From: Pseudohongiellaceae bacterium
GTDB taxonomy: Bacteria > Pseudomonadota > Gammaproteobacteria > Pseudomonadales > Cellvibrionaceae
Assembly: GCA_047638515.1 (NCBI GenBank)
Contig: JBLIME010000001.1
Coordinates: forward strand, 1-38,480
Length of the DNA stretch: 38,480 bases
Reading direction: 5' to 3'
In this document: piece after piece, positions 7,962 through 19,020 of the stretch
Position numbering within the stretch: position 1 is the first letter of the stretch
How the letters are laid out: the number at the start of each line of letters is the position of its first letter
The notes under the pieces: generated by a model
Databases searched by the model: none
The model's input: the letters and a program-made list of their open reading frames with translations, nothing else
Told to the model about the DNA's origin: nothing
Made by a program: the position numbers and the translations under genes

Positions 7962-8232
7962 TGAGGCACCGAGTAGATCTAGATCACCCCGCCCTACGGT
8001 AATACATGAGGTCGACTTATTAGTATACTCTATCCAGCGGTCGGTTAAGTGTTTTGGCCGGCGTTGCTTTACACTGATTGCAACCTCTGTCTTTTGCGGG
8101 AAGTTAGACACCGGCGAAGGTTTGTGAGCGACTCCTTGGGCGCGTATACGAATAGATACAAGCATTACAATAACTACACCTTATAGGTCTTATTTCCGTA
8201 TAATATAACAATTGGAAAAGTAAAGAGAGTTT

Positions 8233-9030
8233 ATGTCTAGTAAGGAACAGCCCGGCGTTAAAGTCGACAACAACGAAGCCTCGGAAGCCTCACAAAAAAC
8301 CCACTTTGGATTTGAACAAGTTCGTACTGAAGATAAAGCCGAACGTGTTGCAGGTGTATTTCACTCGGTCGCTAGCAAATATGACTTAATGAACGATCTC
8401 ATGTCCGGTGGTGTTCATCGTTTGTGGAAGCGATTTACTATCGAGATCTCTGGGGTTAGACAAGGTCACAAGGTTCTCGATATTGCAGGGGGCACCGGTG
8501 ATTTAGCCTATAAGTTCTCTAAATTAGTTGGCGACGGCGGCCAAGTCATCTTATCGGACATTAACTCATCAATGCTCAATGTTGGCCGCGATCGACTGAT
8601 TGATTGCGGCGTCAATAATAATGTGCAGTACGCACAATTAGATGCTCAGTCTTTACCCTTCGTCGACGACACGTTTGATTGTATTACGATTGCCTTTGGC
8701 CTGCGAAATGTTACCGATAAAGATCTTGCTCTGCGCTCGATATTGCGCGTGCTAAAGCCTGGTGGTCGCTTATTAGTTCTTGAGTTTTCTAAGCCTCAAA
8801 ACAGTTTGTTAGAAAAAGTGTACGACCAATATTCGTTTCGGTTGCTACCCTTCATGGGTAAACTCATCACTAACGATGCCGACAGCTATCGCTATCTAGC
8901 CGAATCTATTCGCATGCATCCCGACCAAGAGACCTTAAAAAACATGATGGACGAGGCCGGCTTCACGAATACAGAATTTTATAATATGACAGGTGGCGTT
9001 GTAGCACTTCACAAGGGAATAAAACCATGA
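8233..9030 (+). CDS. ubiE: Demethylmenaquinone/ubiquinone C-methyltransferase
   Basis: SAM-binding motif [12 protein letters not shown]. Full-length similarity to UbiE. Shine-Dalgarno AAAGAGAG lies upstream. It begins the ubiE-ubiJ-ubiB operon. Confidence 0.95.
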   Translation: MSSKEQPGVKVDNNEASEASQKTHFGFEQVRTEDKAERVAGVFHSVASKYDLMNDLMSGGVHRLWKRFTIEISGVRQGHKVLDIAGGTGDLAYKFSKLVGDGGQVILSDINSSMLNVGRDRLIDCGVNNNVQYAQLDAQSLPFVDDTFDCITIAFGLRNVTDKDLALRSILRVLKPGGRLLVLEFSKPQNSLLEKVYDQYSFRLLPFMGKLITNDADSYRYLAESIRMHPDQETLKNMMDEAGFTNTEFYNMTGGVVALHKGIKP

Positions 9031-9070
9031 TGTTGTCAATCGCAGAAACAAGCAGTCGGTGACTAGCACA

Positions 9071-9724
9071 ATGGACCCAAGTATTTATGCCGCCATGACA
9101 GCGAGCATCGAGTCAGTTATTAATACAGCACTCCGTTATGACCCCGCTAGCCTGCAGAAGATTGCGGGCATAAACGATGTGCTTGCGATTCATTCAACTC
9201 GGCCCGCATTAACGCTCTATTGTTCCGGGAGTAGTGGCGGTGTGCGCATTGCAACTCGCTGTGAGTCGCCGGTCGCAACGCAACTTAGCGGCAGCCCTGT
9301 TGCGCTTATCGCTCTCATAAAAAAACCCACCACCCTGGCAAATAGTGGTGTTGAATTAACCGGCAGTGTCGGTTTATTGCAACGCTGGCAAACAATTTTA
9401 AACGAGTTAGATATAGATTGGGAAGATGCAACTAGCACTGTACTTGGAGATGTAGCTGGCCCGCTTACGGCAAAAACTATTTTAGGAGGACTCAGTTGGA
9501 CTAGGCACCAAAGTGCTGAACAAACGCGACTGTTCAAAGAATACATCACCGAGGAGTTAAAGGTCACTCCCAGCAAGCCCGAACTCAAAATATTTATCGA
9601 TGCTGTCAGTGCGATAAAAATGGATGCCGAACGCCTTCAGGCGCGTCTCTCTCAACTCCTAGACATTGACAGCTTAAACGCCAGTCGATCAATTGACAAC
9701 AAGCGGAAGGATAATAGCGAGTGA
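9071..9724 (+). CDS. ubiJ: Ubiquinone biosynthesis accessory factor UbiJ (SCP2-like)
   Basis: It sits between ubiE and ubiB. The N-terminal [13 protein letters not shown] resembles E. coli UbiJ GIESLLNTFLYRSP. The start is uncertain (GTG 9059 or ATG 9071). Confidence 0.8.
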   Translation: MDPSIYAAMTASIESVINTALRYDPASLQKIAGINDVLAIHSTRPALTLYCSGSSGGVRIATRCESPVATQLSGSPVALIALIKKPTTLANSGVELTGSVGLLQRWQTILNELDIDWEDATSTVLGDVAGPLTAKTILGGLSWTRHQSAEQTRLFKEYITEELKVTPSKPELKIFIDAVSAIKMDAERLQARLSQLLDIDSLNASRSIDNKRKDNSE

Positions 9725-11340
9725 CGGTTTTTCTAAGAGCACTCACGATTCTCATCACTATTTGCCGTTATCGCCTTGATACTCTGGCACCGGTAAAACT
9801 ACCTCTGCCGATACGACTTTTTTTTGCACTATTTCCTAATAAAATCAAGAACCGTGGACTTCAGCTAAGGCTTGCTTGCGAAGAGCTCGGCCCTATATTT
9901 GTCAAACTTGGACAAATACTTTCAACTCGACCTGACTTGGTGCCCCCGGATATTATTTCAGAGCTGGATCAACTCCAAGACAATGTCGCACCTTTTGCTC
10001 CCGAACAATTTCGAGCCATTGTTATTGCAGAATTAGGTCAGCCCATAGAGACATTGTTCGCCAGTTTTGATAGTGAGCCACTCGCATCGGCATCAGTTGC
10101 GCAGGTCCATGCTGCGGTATTAAACGATGGCAAAGATGTTGTCGTTAAAGTGATTCGTCCCGGTATTGAAAAAATCATTCATAAAGATACACAGCTACTT
10201 TTATGGCTCGCCAAAAAGTTAGAAAGCTGGTTAGAAGATGGGACCCGCTTAAAGCCTGTTGAGGTCATAGAAGATTATCGCACCACTATTTTCGACGAGC
10301 TCGACTTACAACGCGAAGCGGGTAACGCCTCTCAGCTTAGACGTAATTTTTATCAGTCACCGCTTTTATATGTACCTGAGGTTTATTGGGATTATTGCAA
10401 CAAAAACGTTATGGTAATGGAGCGCATTTACGGCATTCCCGTTAGTAACATTAAGGCTCTAAAGGCTCAAAAAACTGACATGAAGGAGCTGGCAGAGCGC
10501 GGCGTGGAGATATTTTTTACGCAGGTTTTTGAACATAACTTTTTTCATGCCGACATGCATCCTGGCAATATTTTTGTCAGCACCGAACACCCCGAGCGTC
10601 CAAAGTATATAGCCATCGACATGGCCATCATCGGCTCACTGAGGCGCGAGGACCAGTACTATTTAGCGCGTAATTTGTTTGCGATGTTTAAACGTGACTA
10701 TCGGCAAGTCGCCGAACTTCATGTGCAAAGTGGATGGGTCCCTAAGGATACAAAAATAAGTGATTTTGAAGCCGCTGTTCGCACCGCCTGTGAACCCATT
10801 ATAGAAAAGCCTCTCGCTGAAATATCTTTTGCCAGGGTGTTAATTAATCTATTTTCGACCGCGCGTCGGTTTAATATGGAAGTCCAACCACAACTAGTGT
10901 TACTACAGAAGACCTTGCTAAACATTGAGGGCCTAGGACGGCAACTTTACCCTGAGCTCGATTTATGGAAAACAGCTAAGCCTTATCTAGATCGGTGGCT
11001 AACGAAGCAATTTCATCCCAAATCACTTTACCAAGAATTTAAGCGCTATGGACCCGAGTGGATGGAAAAATTACCACAGTTGCCGATGCTGGTATTTAAC
11101 AATATCGAGAAGATACAACAGCTCACCGATATGGCTCCAACTCTGCAGCAGGCAGCCGAGGATTACCATCAATATAAAACGAAAAAAGCAAAGCGCAAAA
11201 ACCGCACCTTAGCGGCAATTGTCATAGCTACTGGGGCTGTAATTAGTGCGTCGCCAACAATTACTGCCTCAATTGTTAGCCTATCACCCATGACTTGGGG
11301 CTTGGGCATTGCAGCGTTAGCGCTCTACCTCCTTAGGTAA
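9721..11340 (+). CDS. ubiB: Ubiquinone biosynthesis regulatory kinase-like protein UbiB (ABC1/ADCK family)
   Basis: Collinear with E. coli UbiB ([39 protein letters not shown]). Two C-terminal TM helices. Its GTG start overlaps the ubiJ stop (GTGA). Confidence 0.95.
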   Translation: MTVFLRALTILITICRYRLDTLAPVKLPLPIRLFFALFPNKIKNRGLQLRLACEELGPIFVKLGQILSTRPDLVPPDIISELDQLQDNVAPFAPEQFRAIVIAELGQPIETLFASFDSEPLASASVAQVHAAVLNDGKDVVVKVIRPGIEKIIHKDTQLLLWLAKKLESWLEDGTRLKPVEVIEDYRTTIFDELDLQREAGNASQLRRNFYQSPLLYVPEVYWDYCNKNVMVMERIYGIPVSNIKALKAQKTDMKELAERGVEIFFTQVFEHNFFHADMHPGNIFVSTEHPERPKYIAIDMAIIGSLRREDQYYLARNLFAMFKRDYRQVAELHVQSGWVPKDTKISDFEAAVRTACEPIIEKPLAEISFARVLINLFSTARRFNMEVQPQLVLLQKTLLNIEGLGRQLYPELDLWKTAKPYLDRWLTKQFHPKSLYQEFKRYGPEWMEKLPQLPMLVFNNIEKIQQLTDMAPTLQQAAEDYHQYKTKKAKRKNRTLAAIVIATGAVISASPTITASIVSLSPMTWGLGIAALALYLLR

Positions 11341-12584
11341 CATATCAGTTGCACTATGAGGGGCTAGCGACAGTGTTTATTACGGAGTTTACCTACTGAC
11401 TTTTTACAGCTGTGACTATTTATTAATAACTTAAGTCTTAATTTCAACAGCATACTGCCAGACACCGACACTGGTTGACCTCCCTAGCAGACATCGGAAA
11501 ACCGACTGAATTCGACCCTACCGACGGGTCTGCCTAATAAGTCTGACCTAGACACAAAAGCACTCTTACCTCTGGCACATCGTGCTCGAAGCAAAATAGC
11601 AGTGGAAGCGGCTAGCCGCCACAAAGACATAACTCATAGAAAAACACACGCTGATAACGCCTTATATTACTTTACAGAAGCAGTTGCTCTGGCGACTGAA
11701 AATATAATCCTTGTTGGTTAACCCTGTCTCAGACCGAGAGCAATTACTTTGCTAATTTAACGAACTATCTTGCAAGAGCCACAGATCTTGCCGTTGGTAA
11801 ATAATGGATGCATCGGATCATCAAGCATTTAACTGGTCATATTTTTTACTGGCACGAGATTATATGTGGGCAACGCTATTACTACTGAGTGCCCAGCAAG
11901 CTTATTTTATCTTAGTGCGAGTAGGTCTTTCCGCACCGATCATGGGGATGCGCCCACTAGTCGCCAGTATTGGCCGGCTGCTTCAGCTTATTAAGCCGCT
12001 GAATTTATTCATTATTTTTTATCCTTTTAACATAAACTTGTCGTCTTTAAGTCTGACCCTATTGACCATAAATCTACAGGAACTTTACAGGCGATGAATC
12101 AGATAACATCATCTTTTTTATCTTTGTTGCAGCCTTACTACCTTTTTAATGACTCGTTGCACGGTGCAGACAACAATGACTGCGCCATCTCTAAATTTAC
12201 GCTTACGTTTGTTGATTCAACACTTTTTTTAGCGATCGCAATAGCTCAATTAGTCTGCGCTCAACCTTTGACAAAGACGACAAGGTAATAAGGGACTACT
12301 TTTTCAGTTTAGAACCATTACCAAAGCCCTATTTTTTAAAATAGCGTCCGAATAGTTGATGGGGGAACGTTTATTTTTAGAAGAGGAGCAGCTATTACTC
12401 ACAAAAAATAGCGTGGATTGCACTTATATCTTGAGAATTCTTTATTGGTAGCCGCGTACCCGCAGGTCTTACTGCAATTTAAGCCCAGTTATACGTTGGA
12501 CATTTTTATAATCGCACTGCATCGACTCGACCCATTTGTTCCTAGTATAGATGCTTAAAGCTGTTGACATATCGCGTTATGAAA

Positions 12585-13154
12585 TTATCGTTGCTGATGC
12601 TTTTCTAAGTTTTCTTTACGCAGTTTTTCACTCTTTTTAAGCAGTATGTAACAAGCTCCGGCGCCGCCATGGCGGGGCTGCGACGAATGAAAAGCTAACA
12701 CCGCATCCATTTGCGGCAACCAGTGCGCTATATGACTTTTAATTACTGCTGGAGTTTTTCTACCCTCGCCTTTACCGTGTGTTATCAATGCACAGCGAAC
12801 ATCATTTGCCATACAGTCGCCTATAAACTGGTAGACCTGCTGTCGAGCTTGTTCAACCGATAAGCGGTGAAGATCTAGACGCGCATCAATTTCATAGCGC
12901 CCTAAACGTAACGATTTATAAACACCATGCTGTATTCCAGCCTTACGATATTCAAGTATCGCACTGGGTTCAAGCTGATTTACTTCACCGTCGGCTAACG
13001 GATCTACTGCTTGGCTTAAGTTGGCAAGAGCAGATTGACGCCGTATCAAGATCGTGGCTTGATCGAGGGATGCTTGTTTAAATATTTCTCGCTTAGCAAC
13101 TAGAATTTGCCTGACATCACCCATTGCATCTAAAAAATTATCTTCGTCTGACAT
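12585..13154 (-). CDS. Smr (MutS2-like small endonuclease) domain protein
   Basis: The C-terminal Smr domain reads LDLHRLSVEQARQQV ... ALITHGKG. ATG at 13154 is preceded by AAAGGTG and is a better start than the GTG at 13187 in the ORF track. Confidence 0.85.
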   Translation of the reverse strand: MSDEDNFLDAMGDVRQILVAKREIFKQASLDQATILIRRQSALANLSQAVDPLADGEVNQLEPSAILEYRKAGIQHGVYKSLRLGRYEIDARLDLHRLSVEQARQQVYQFIGDCMANDVRCALITHGKGEGRKTPAVIKSHIAHWLPQMDAVLAFHSSQPRHGGAGACYILLKKSEKLRKENLEKHQQR

Positions 13155-13248
13155 GTAACACCTTTGATAAACTGCGCCGATGGGCACGGAATAGCTATTT
13201 AAGCGCAGTTAATAGAATAGATTCAACAAAAACCTTATTGGCGACATA

Positions 13249-13285
13249 AAAAAACCACGGACATATAACTAATAACCGTGGTTTT
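13249..13285 (-). terminator. Rho-independent terminator after acs
   Basis: The minus strand reads AAAACCACGG-15 nt loop-CCGTGGTTTTTTT. It begins 18 nt after the acs stop, with a 10-bp stem followed by a U-run. Confidence 0.65.
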
Positions 13286-13302
13286 AATCCTAATGCATCT
13301 TT

Positions 13303-15231
13303 TTATCTAATTAAACGGTTCTGAATCAGCTCATCGACAACGGAGGGGTCGGCAAGGGTAGATGTATCACCCAAAGCGTCGATTTCATTAGTCGCAATTT
13401 TACGTAGGATCCGGCGCATAATCTTACCCGAGCGAGTTTTTGGAAGCCCTGGCGCCCATTGAATAAGGTCGGGACGAGCAATTGCACCGATCTCTTTAAC
13501 ACATAATGCCACTAGTTCTTTTTTAATGTTGTCACTGGGCACAGCATTCTGCATTAAGGTGACATAGGCATAAATGCCTTGGCCTTTAATGTCGTGATGA
13601 TAGCCCACAACCGCAGACTCGGCGACTTGAGGATGCTGCACTAGCGCACTTTCTATCTCGGCAGTACCGAGACGATGACCACTGACATTGAGTACATCGT
13701 CCATTCTACCTGTAATCCAATAGTAGCCGTCCTCGTCGCGTCGAGCGCCGTCACCGGTAAAGTAGTAACCGGGATAAGTACTGAAGTAGGTATCTATTGC
13801 GCGCTGGTGATCACCATAAATAGAGCGTATTTGGCTTGGCCAAGACGCTTTAATGACGAGGCTGCCCTCGCCTGGGCCATCGATCTCTTTACCTGCACCA
13901 TCGAGAATAGCTGGCTGAACACCAAAAAACGGGAGTGTTGCCGAACCTGGCTTTAAATCAGTTGCTCCAGGCAGCGGCGTTAACATGTGGGCGCCAGTCT
14001 CAGTTTGCCACCAGGTGTCGACAATTGGGCAGCGGCCTTCACCCACCACACTGTGGTACCACTCCCACGCCTCAGGGTTGATTGGCTCACCAACTGTACC
14101 TAATATACGCAAGGATTCCCGCGACGTCTTTGTGACCCAATCGTCGCCGGCTCCCATCAAGGCACGCAGAGCCGTGGGCGCGGTGTAGAAGCTTGCTACC
14201 TGGTGCTTGTCGACGACATCCCAACAACGCGATGCATTGGGATATGTTGGGACACCTTCAAACATTAAGGTGGTGGCACCATTGGCCAAGGGACCATAAA
14301 CGATATAGGTATGACCTGTGACCCAGCCGACATCGGCGGTACACCAATAAACCTCACCCTCTCGATAATCAAACACATATTTGTGGGTCATTGCCGCTTG
14401 CAATAGGTAGCCGGCAGTTGTGTGCAGGACACCTTTTGGCTTACCGGTCGAGCCCGATGTGTACAAGATAAACAACGGGTCCTCTGACTCCATTACCTCA
14501 GCTCGGCAATGCGGTGATGCAGCCGCTACAGCATCGTGATACCAGATATCGACCATGTCATTCCAGGCAATGTTAGCGCCTGTGCGCTTAACAACAATAC
14601 AGGTATGTACATTTGGACACTGACTTAAAGCCATGTCTGCATTGACCTTTAGTGAGACTGTTTTAGAGCCGCGCAAGCCCTCGTCTGCAGTAATAACAAC
14701 TTGGCAATCAGCATCGGTAATGCGATCGCGAAGCGCATCTGGTGAGAATCCACCAAAAACAATCGAGTGCACGGCGCCAATCCGAGTACAAGCAAGCATC
14801 GCGTATGCCGCCTCGGGGATCATCGGCATGTAGATGCAAACTCGATCGCCTTTTTTAACCCCTCGATCTTTTAAAACATTAGCCAAGCGACACACCGCAG
14901 CATGTAAATCTTTGTAACTGATACGCTTAGAGTCTGCGGGATCATCGCCCTCCCAAATAATAGCTGTTTGGTCACCACGAGTCGCTAAGTGGCGATCAAT
15001 ACAGTTTTCAGACACATTTAACTGGCCGCCCTCGAACCACTTGGCAATACCTTTTTTAAAATCAAATTCACTGACTCTATCCCATGGTTTTTGCCAGGAC
15101 AAAAACACTTTCGCCTGCTCGGCCCAAAAGCCATCCGGATCTGTAATAGATTGTTCGTATAGAGAGTCATACTTTTCTTTGTTGATATGTGCTGTTGCAG
15201 CGATTGCTGGAGGAACGTTATAAACGGACAT
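13303..15231 (-). CDS. acs: Acetyl-CoA synthetase (AMP-forming)
   Basis: AMP-binding signature [11 protein letters not shown]. Full-length collinearity with Acs. The C-terminal acetylatable-Lys context [11 protein letters not shown] is present. The start is ATG 15231 (MSVYNV) or ATG 15243. Confidence 0.95.
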   Translation of the reverse strand: MSVYNVPPAIAATAHINKEKYDSLYEQSITDPDGFWAEQAKVFLSWQKPWDRVSEFDFKKGIAKWFEGGQLNVSENCIDRHLATRGDQTAIIWEGDDPADSKRISYKDLHAAVCRLANVLKDRGVKKGDRVCIYMPMIPEAAYAMLACTRIGAVHSIVFGGFSPDALRDRITDADCQVVITADEGLRGSKTVSLKVNADMALSQCPNVHTCIVVKRTGANIAWNDMVDIWYHDAVAAASPHCRAEVMESEDPLFILYTSGSTGKPKGVLHTTAGYLLQAAMTHKYVFDYREGEVYWCTADVGWVTGHTYIVYGPLANGATTLMFEGVPTYPNASRCWDVVDKHQVASFYTAPTALRALMGAGDDWVTKTSRESLRILGTVGEPINPEAWEWYHSVVGEGRCPIVDTWWQTETGAHMLTPLPGATDLKPGSATLPFFGVQPAILDGAGKEIDGPGEGSLVIKASWPSQIRSIYGDHQRAIDTYFSTYPGYYFTGDGARRDEDGYYWITGRMDDVLNVSGHRLGTAEIESALVQHPQVAESAVVGYHHDIKGQGIYAYVTLMQNAVPSDNIKKELVALCVKEIGAIARPDLIQWAPGLPKTRSGKIMRRILRKIATNEIDALGDTSTLADPSVVDELIQNRLIR

Positions 15232-15758
15232 GGTGACACCCATTATTTATTATATTAGTAAGAATCGCATCAGCCTACCCACTGACTCACCATTGCGCAA
15301 GCGCAATTAAGTTAGACTTTTGGTGAAGGCTAAAAAGGTCGAATCAGCGGCCCTGCAATAGAGTCAGTTATCGATTAAATTTAAATTTGACGGTATTCGC
15401 TTTAAGGCGGCCTTTTCTTTATCATTGACTCACCGATAGGTTCGTCGGAGTGAGTAGACTCATCAGTGATACTGACATTAACGCTGCCGGTCCGCCGTCG
15501 ATCCAATTAAAATCAGTCCTCTAGTAATGTTCTAAATCGTATAGAAGTAGACGCCACTCAGCTTCTCGTAAGCTGTCTATCTGTGTGCTTTGTTAAGCTT
15601 TTTGCAAGTTCTTTATCTGACTCGTTTATCTGAGGCCTGCACTTAAAACCTCTATTTGGCAGCTGCATTTAACTTGGAGACAGCTCGTTTAGAGACTGTA
15701 GCCGCAGACCAGCTATAAACAACCAGGTCTGATTGTCGTGACTAGCTATTATGACTGA

Positions 15759-16649
15759 CTAGGCATCCGCATTAGCCAGTTGCGTGGTTTTATCGAATCC
15801 CTTTAATGCGAGCGAGACGTTATCGATCAGTCTGGCTGAATGCGTATACATTGCCCCCAATATCGTTATCTCGGTGTCGCCTAACTGCGCTTGAATCAAT
15901 GTGTCACTGCAACAAATTTGCAAATAATCTAGGCGAAAGCCCTCCGCCTCAATCTGCGCCTGACCCTCTTGTTCTAGCATTAAGAAGTCTCGCCGACCAC
16001 TGTCGATCTCACGGCAAATCCAGCTCAGGGTCAACTGTAATTGTTTGGCCTTAGGCCTCTCAATCTCGGTGATGTGGATATTGCGCGAGCTCATGGCAAG
16101 ACCATCGTCTTCTCGCACGATAGCACCGGGAATAATATCGACAGACAGACATAAATCTTCAACCATCCGACGTATAACAGCAATTTGCTGAAAATCTTTT
16201 AAGCCGAAAACCGCCTCGTGGGGCTCTACAATATTGAAGAGTTTGGAGACAACCGTGGTAACACCCTCGAAATGAGTAGGGCGGCTTGCACCGCACAGCA
16301 AATCGGTCATTCCCGGCACTACCACACGAGTTTGTTGCGCCATACCGTTTGGGTAGATTTCGTGTTCGTCGGGGGAAAACAAATAATCGCAGGCGACGCT
16401 CTCTAATTTTTGGCTGTCCACCTTGAAAGTACGTGGATATTTATCCCAATCTTCATTCAAACCAAACTGAAGCGGATTGACAAAAATACTGGCGACAACA
16501 ATGTCGCAGCGTGTTTTAGCCAGTTCAACTAAGGCCAAGTGACCTCGATGTAGATTCCCCATGGTAGGCACAAGGCCGATGCGCTTGCCCTGACTCTTTG
16601 CCTTGGACAACACATCGCGCAATGGCTGAATGTGGCGAAACAACTGCAT
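15759..16649 (-). CDS. panC: Pantoate--beta-alanine ligase
   Basis: HIGH-type motif [14 protein letters not shown]. Full-length PanC similarity with a short C-terminal extension. Confidence 0.95.
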   Translation of the reverse strand: MQLFRHIQPLRDVLSKAKSQGKRIGLVPTMGNLHRGHLALVELAKTRCDIVVASIFVNPLQFGLNEDWDKYPRTFKVDSQKLESVACDYLFSPDEHEIYPNGMAQQTRVVVPGMTDLLCGASRPTHFEGVTTVVSKLFNIVEPHEAVFGLKDFQQIAVIRRMVEDLCLSVDIIPGAIVREDDGLAMSSRNIHITEIERPKAKQLQLTLSWICREIDSGRRDFLMLEQEGQAQIEAEGFRLDYLQICCSDTLIQAQLGDTEITILGAMYTHSARLIDNVSLALKGFDKTTQLANADA

Positions 16650-17391
16650 ATCGACCGCCTAAATAGTGTTCAAACAAATAAAAAGGTGGCGATAATACAC
16701 GTCAAAATTAGGTTTCTCAAGCGTCCACTTCAGACAATAAAAGATGGCGACCAATAGATGTGGACAGGTGAGATGGTCAGGTTATCTAAACTGAGTCACT
16801 GAACCGATAATACAATCTTCAAACATCTATTAATACCGTGTAATACGCGACCGAGTGGCTGATTTCAAAGGATATGCGAGCAGTACTCACAAGATGTCAG
16901 CAGGGTACGATATTTAGGCTCGTATTTAAGCACCTAATTAGTTACTGCCTACCTAAGCGTCGACAATAAGGCAAGCATCAATTTTGGACGATTGCCACAA
17001 AAATGAGCGTTGAGCCTATCTAGGTTATCACGCCTCTTAAGATCGAGAGCATTAAGACACAGCAGTGGTCTCGATGAGTCGTACCCATTCAGTTAGCGAC
17101 AGCCCCGAGGATTGAATTAGTGCCTATGGTACGCAAACACGTATAGACACGGGTAATTAAATAAAGCCCGCAGTAGTCCATGCAATAATTATATGCACGA
17201 CTAACGAAGCCACAAAAAATTAAGCAACAGTGTGTTCAACATCAAAGATGTTTCGACTGAAAATTGAGACTATTACCCCTACCCTTACATCTCAAAAATA
17301 TATTGAGTAACTTATGAGCCAACAAAAAATAAGTGTATAAATAAATTCTATTGATCCTGCAAGGGTAGAGTGCTTGATCATTCTCAATATT

Positions 17392-18003
17392 TTACGCGTT
17401 AGTTTCTGGGCTTTCTTTTTTGTCGTCGTCATCGACTTGCTCGCGCAATGATTTCAACAAGGCACCTTGGCGTTGCATAATATGCTGTATTAAATGTTCA
17501 CGATCGACATCGTTCATCTCGACAAATTCAACCCGTAGGTAGGACTCCTCACCCAACACATTGCAATCTATAACGCAGCCGATTGTATTTAACTTTATAT
17601 TTGAGGGTTCAAGCCGCATCATCAGCTTCAGCCTTGTTCCTGCCGCTATCGTGTCAGCGATAGGGAAAGCGATCCCACAAGCACTTACACTGGCTGACTC
17701 GACTCGTTGTAATTTTTTATGAATAATAATATTGTCTAGCTCAAGTAGAGTCAGCAAGGTATTTATCTTATCGTTGAGCGCAGTAATAGCTTTAGCCGCT
17801 AAAGGCGAACTCTCGCCTAACTCAGACAAAGTTTGACTAATACTTTCATTGTGCTGGTTAATAAAGGCGACTGCATCAATCATAGTTTCGTTATGATCCG
17901 CTGCGAACGTCTCGAGAGTGGCCGCTTCGTCGATAATCTCATAGGCGACATGTATCGCATCAGTGATGCGAAAAAATCTGCGTCGGTTTTTTTCGTCTGT
18001 CAT
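17392..18003 (-). CDS. Atypical PilZ-like protein translationally coupled to pomB
   Basis: RxxxR (RRFFR, residues 8-12) lies at the N-terminus. A degenerate second motif SVSACG (residues 105-110, versus D/NxSxxG) follows about 92 mostly helical residues later. The ATG shares one nucleotide with the pomB TGA (TGATG). Confidence 0.65.
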   Translation of the reverse strand: MTDEKNRRRFFRITDAIHVAYEIIDEAATLETFAADHNETMIDAVAFINQHNESISQTLSELGESSPLAAKAITALNDKINTLLTLLELDNIIIHKKLQRVESASVSACGIAFPIADTIAAGTRLKLMMRLEPSNIKLNTIGCVIDCNVLGEESYLRVEFVEMNDVDREHLIQHIMQRQGALLKSLREQVDDDDKKESPETNA

Positions 18004-18986
18004 CAAAATACGTCCTCTGATTTGAGGTTAAACAGATAATCAGGTTCTAAATCTAAATCGCGCAATATATCTTGGCCGTCTACCTCCAGCACTTCCTTTT
18101 CTACTGCAGACAGCACATCTCCTAATCCTTGCCTAATAATGATCTCTACACGTCGGTTACGCGCACGATTTGCACGCGTACTGTTGTCGACAAGTGGCTG
18201 AGTATCTGCAAGACCTGCGACTTCAAAGCGCATTGGATTAATGTCGCCATTTTTCAGTAGTACTTCAGCCACAGAGACCGCACGCGACGAAGACAAGTCC
18301 CAATTTGATCGATAGCGCTCCGAGCGACTGATGGGTATGTTGTCTGTGTGCCCCTGCACCTGAATTTTACCCGGTCGTTCCATTAATACGCCACGCACCT
18401 CATCGAGCACATCAAAATAACTCTCTGCTAACAGGTGCGAGCCCGACTTAAACGAGCCTTTTTCTCGAATACGAATAATGATTTTGCGTCCCTCGGTTTC
18501 CACTTCTATCTCACCGGCAACAATTTCTTTGAATAGTGCATTGGCAAGTTGTTGCGCATCTTGCTGGGTCTCTTCAATTAATATCTCAAGTTGCTTTTTT
18601 ATTCGTGCTTTAACACCAGCCTCTTGATCGACCTCACCCGCTTCGATATCGTACTCATTATTTTCTTTTACTTCTAAGCTCATCTTGGTAATATCTTCGG
18701 TCCTTTGCCAGATTTCATTAATCGGTGTCGGATCGGGAATACTTGGACTAAATTCTTGCGCAATAATACTGGTACCTTTGGGCACATCGATTACGTTCAA
18801 TTGATTCTGAATACCGAAGGCTTCGGCCAGGGAGCCCGCCAGACGTTTAAATTTTATTGCATCCATTTCTGAAAAAGACAGTAGCAATACAAAAAAACAC
18901 ATCAGCAGCGACATTAAATCGGCAAACGTTGAGAGCCACGGCGGCAAACCCTCGGGACAATCGCATTCATGCTCTTCGTCATTCAT
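18003..18986 (-). CDS. pomB: Flagellar stator protein PomB/MotB (OmpA-like peptidoglycan-binding C-terminus)
   Basis: The N-terminal CDCPEGLPPWLSTFADLMSLLMCFFVLLLSFSEMD is nearly identical to Vibrio PomB as I remember it. The C-terminus carries GHTDNIPI ... YRSNWDLSSSRA ... NRRVEI. Confidence 0.9.
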   Translation of the reverse strand: MNDEEHECDCPEGLPPWLSTFADLMSLLMCFFVLLLSFSEMDAIKFKRLAGSLAEAFGIQNQLNVIDVPKGTSIIAQEFSPSIPDPTPINEIWQRTEDITKMSLEVKENNEYDIEAGEVDQEAGVKARIKKQLEILIEETQQDAQQLANALFKEIVAGEIEVETEGRKIIIRIREKGSFKSGSHLLAESYFDVLDEVRGVLMERPGKIQVQGHTDNIPISRSERYRSNWDLSSSRAVSVAEVLLKNGDINPMRFEVAGLADTQPLVDNSTRANRARNRRVEIIIRQGLGDVLSAVEKEVLEVDGQDILRDLDLEPDYLFNLKSEDVF

Positions 18987-19020
18987 TTAAAGACTCGATT
19001 TATCTGTGCTATTTCAACGC

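Noticed and set aside
7712-8165. Minus-strand ORFs 7712-7969 (85 aa, LxxY/H repeat) and 7893-8165 (90 aa) as real genes
   Set aside because: The first overlaps 165 nt of psd antisense and has no RBS. The second is Ser/Pro/Arg-rich with no features. The first is kept only as one hypothesis in the tandem-array finding.
11804-12288. Two ATGA-coupled small ORFs (97 and 64 aa) as a toxin-antitoxin or membrane-protein pair
   Set aside because: Ribosome-binding sites are weak. The amino-acid composition mirrors AT-rich DNA and I recognise no motif. They are not listed as features and are flagged only within the spacer finding.
16650-17391. Decayed panB pseudogene upstream of panC
   Set aside because: Stops are dense in all three minus-strand frames, and I could not find PanB-like peptide motifs by eye. 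It is left as an open question rather than a pseudogene call.
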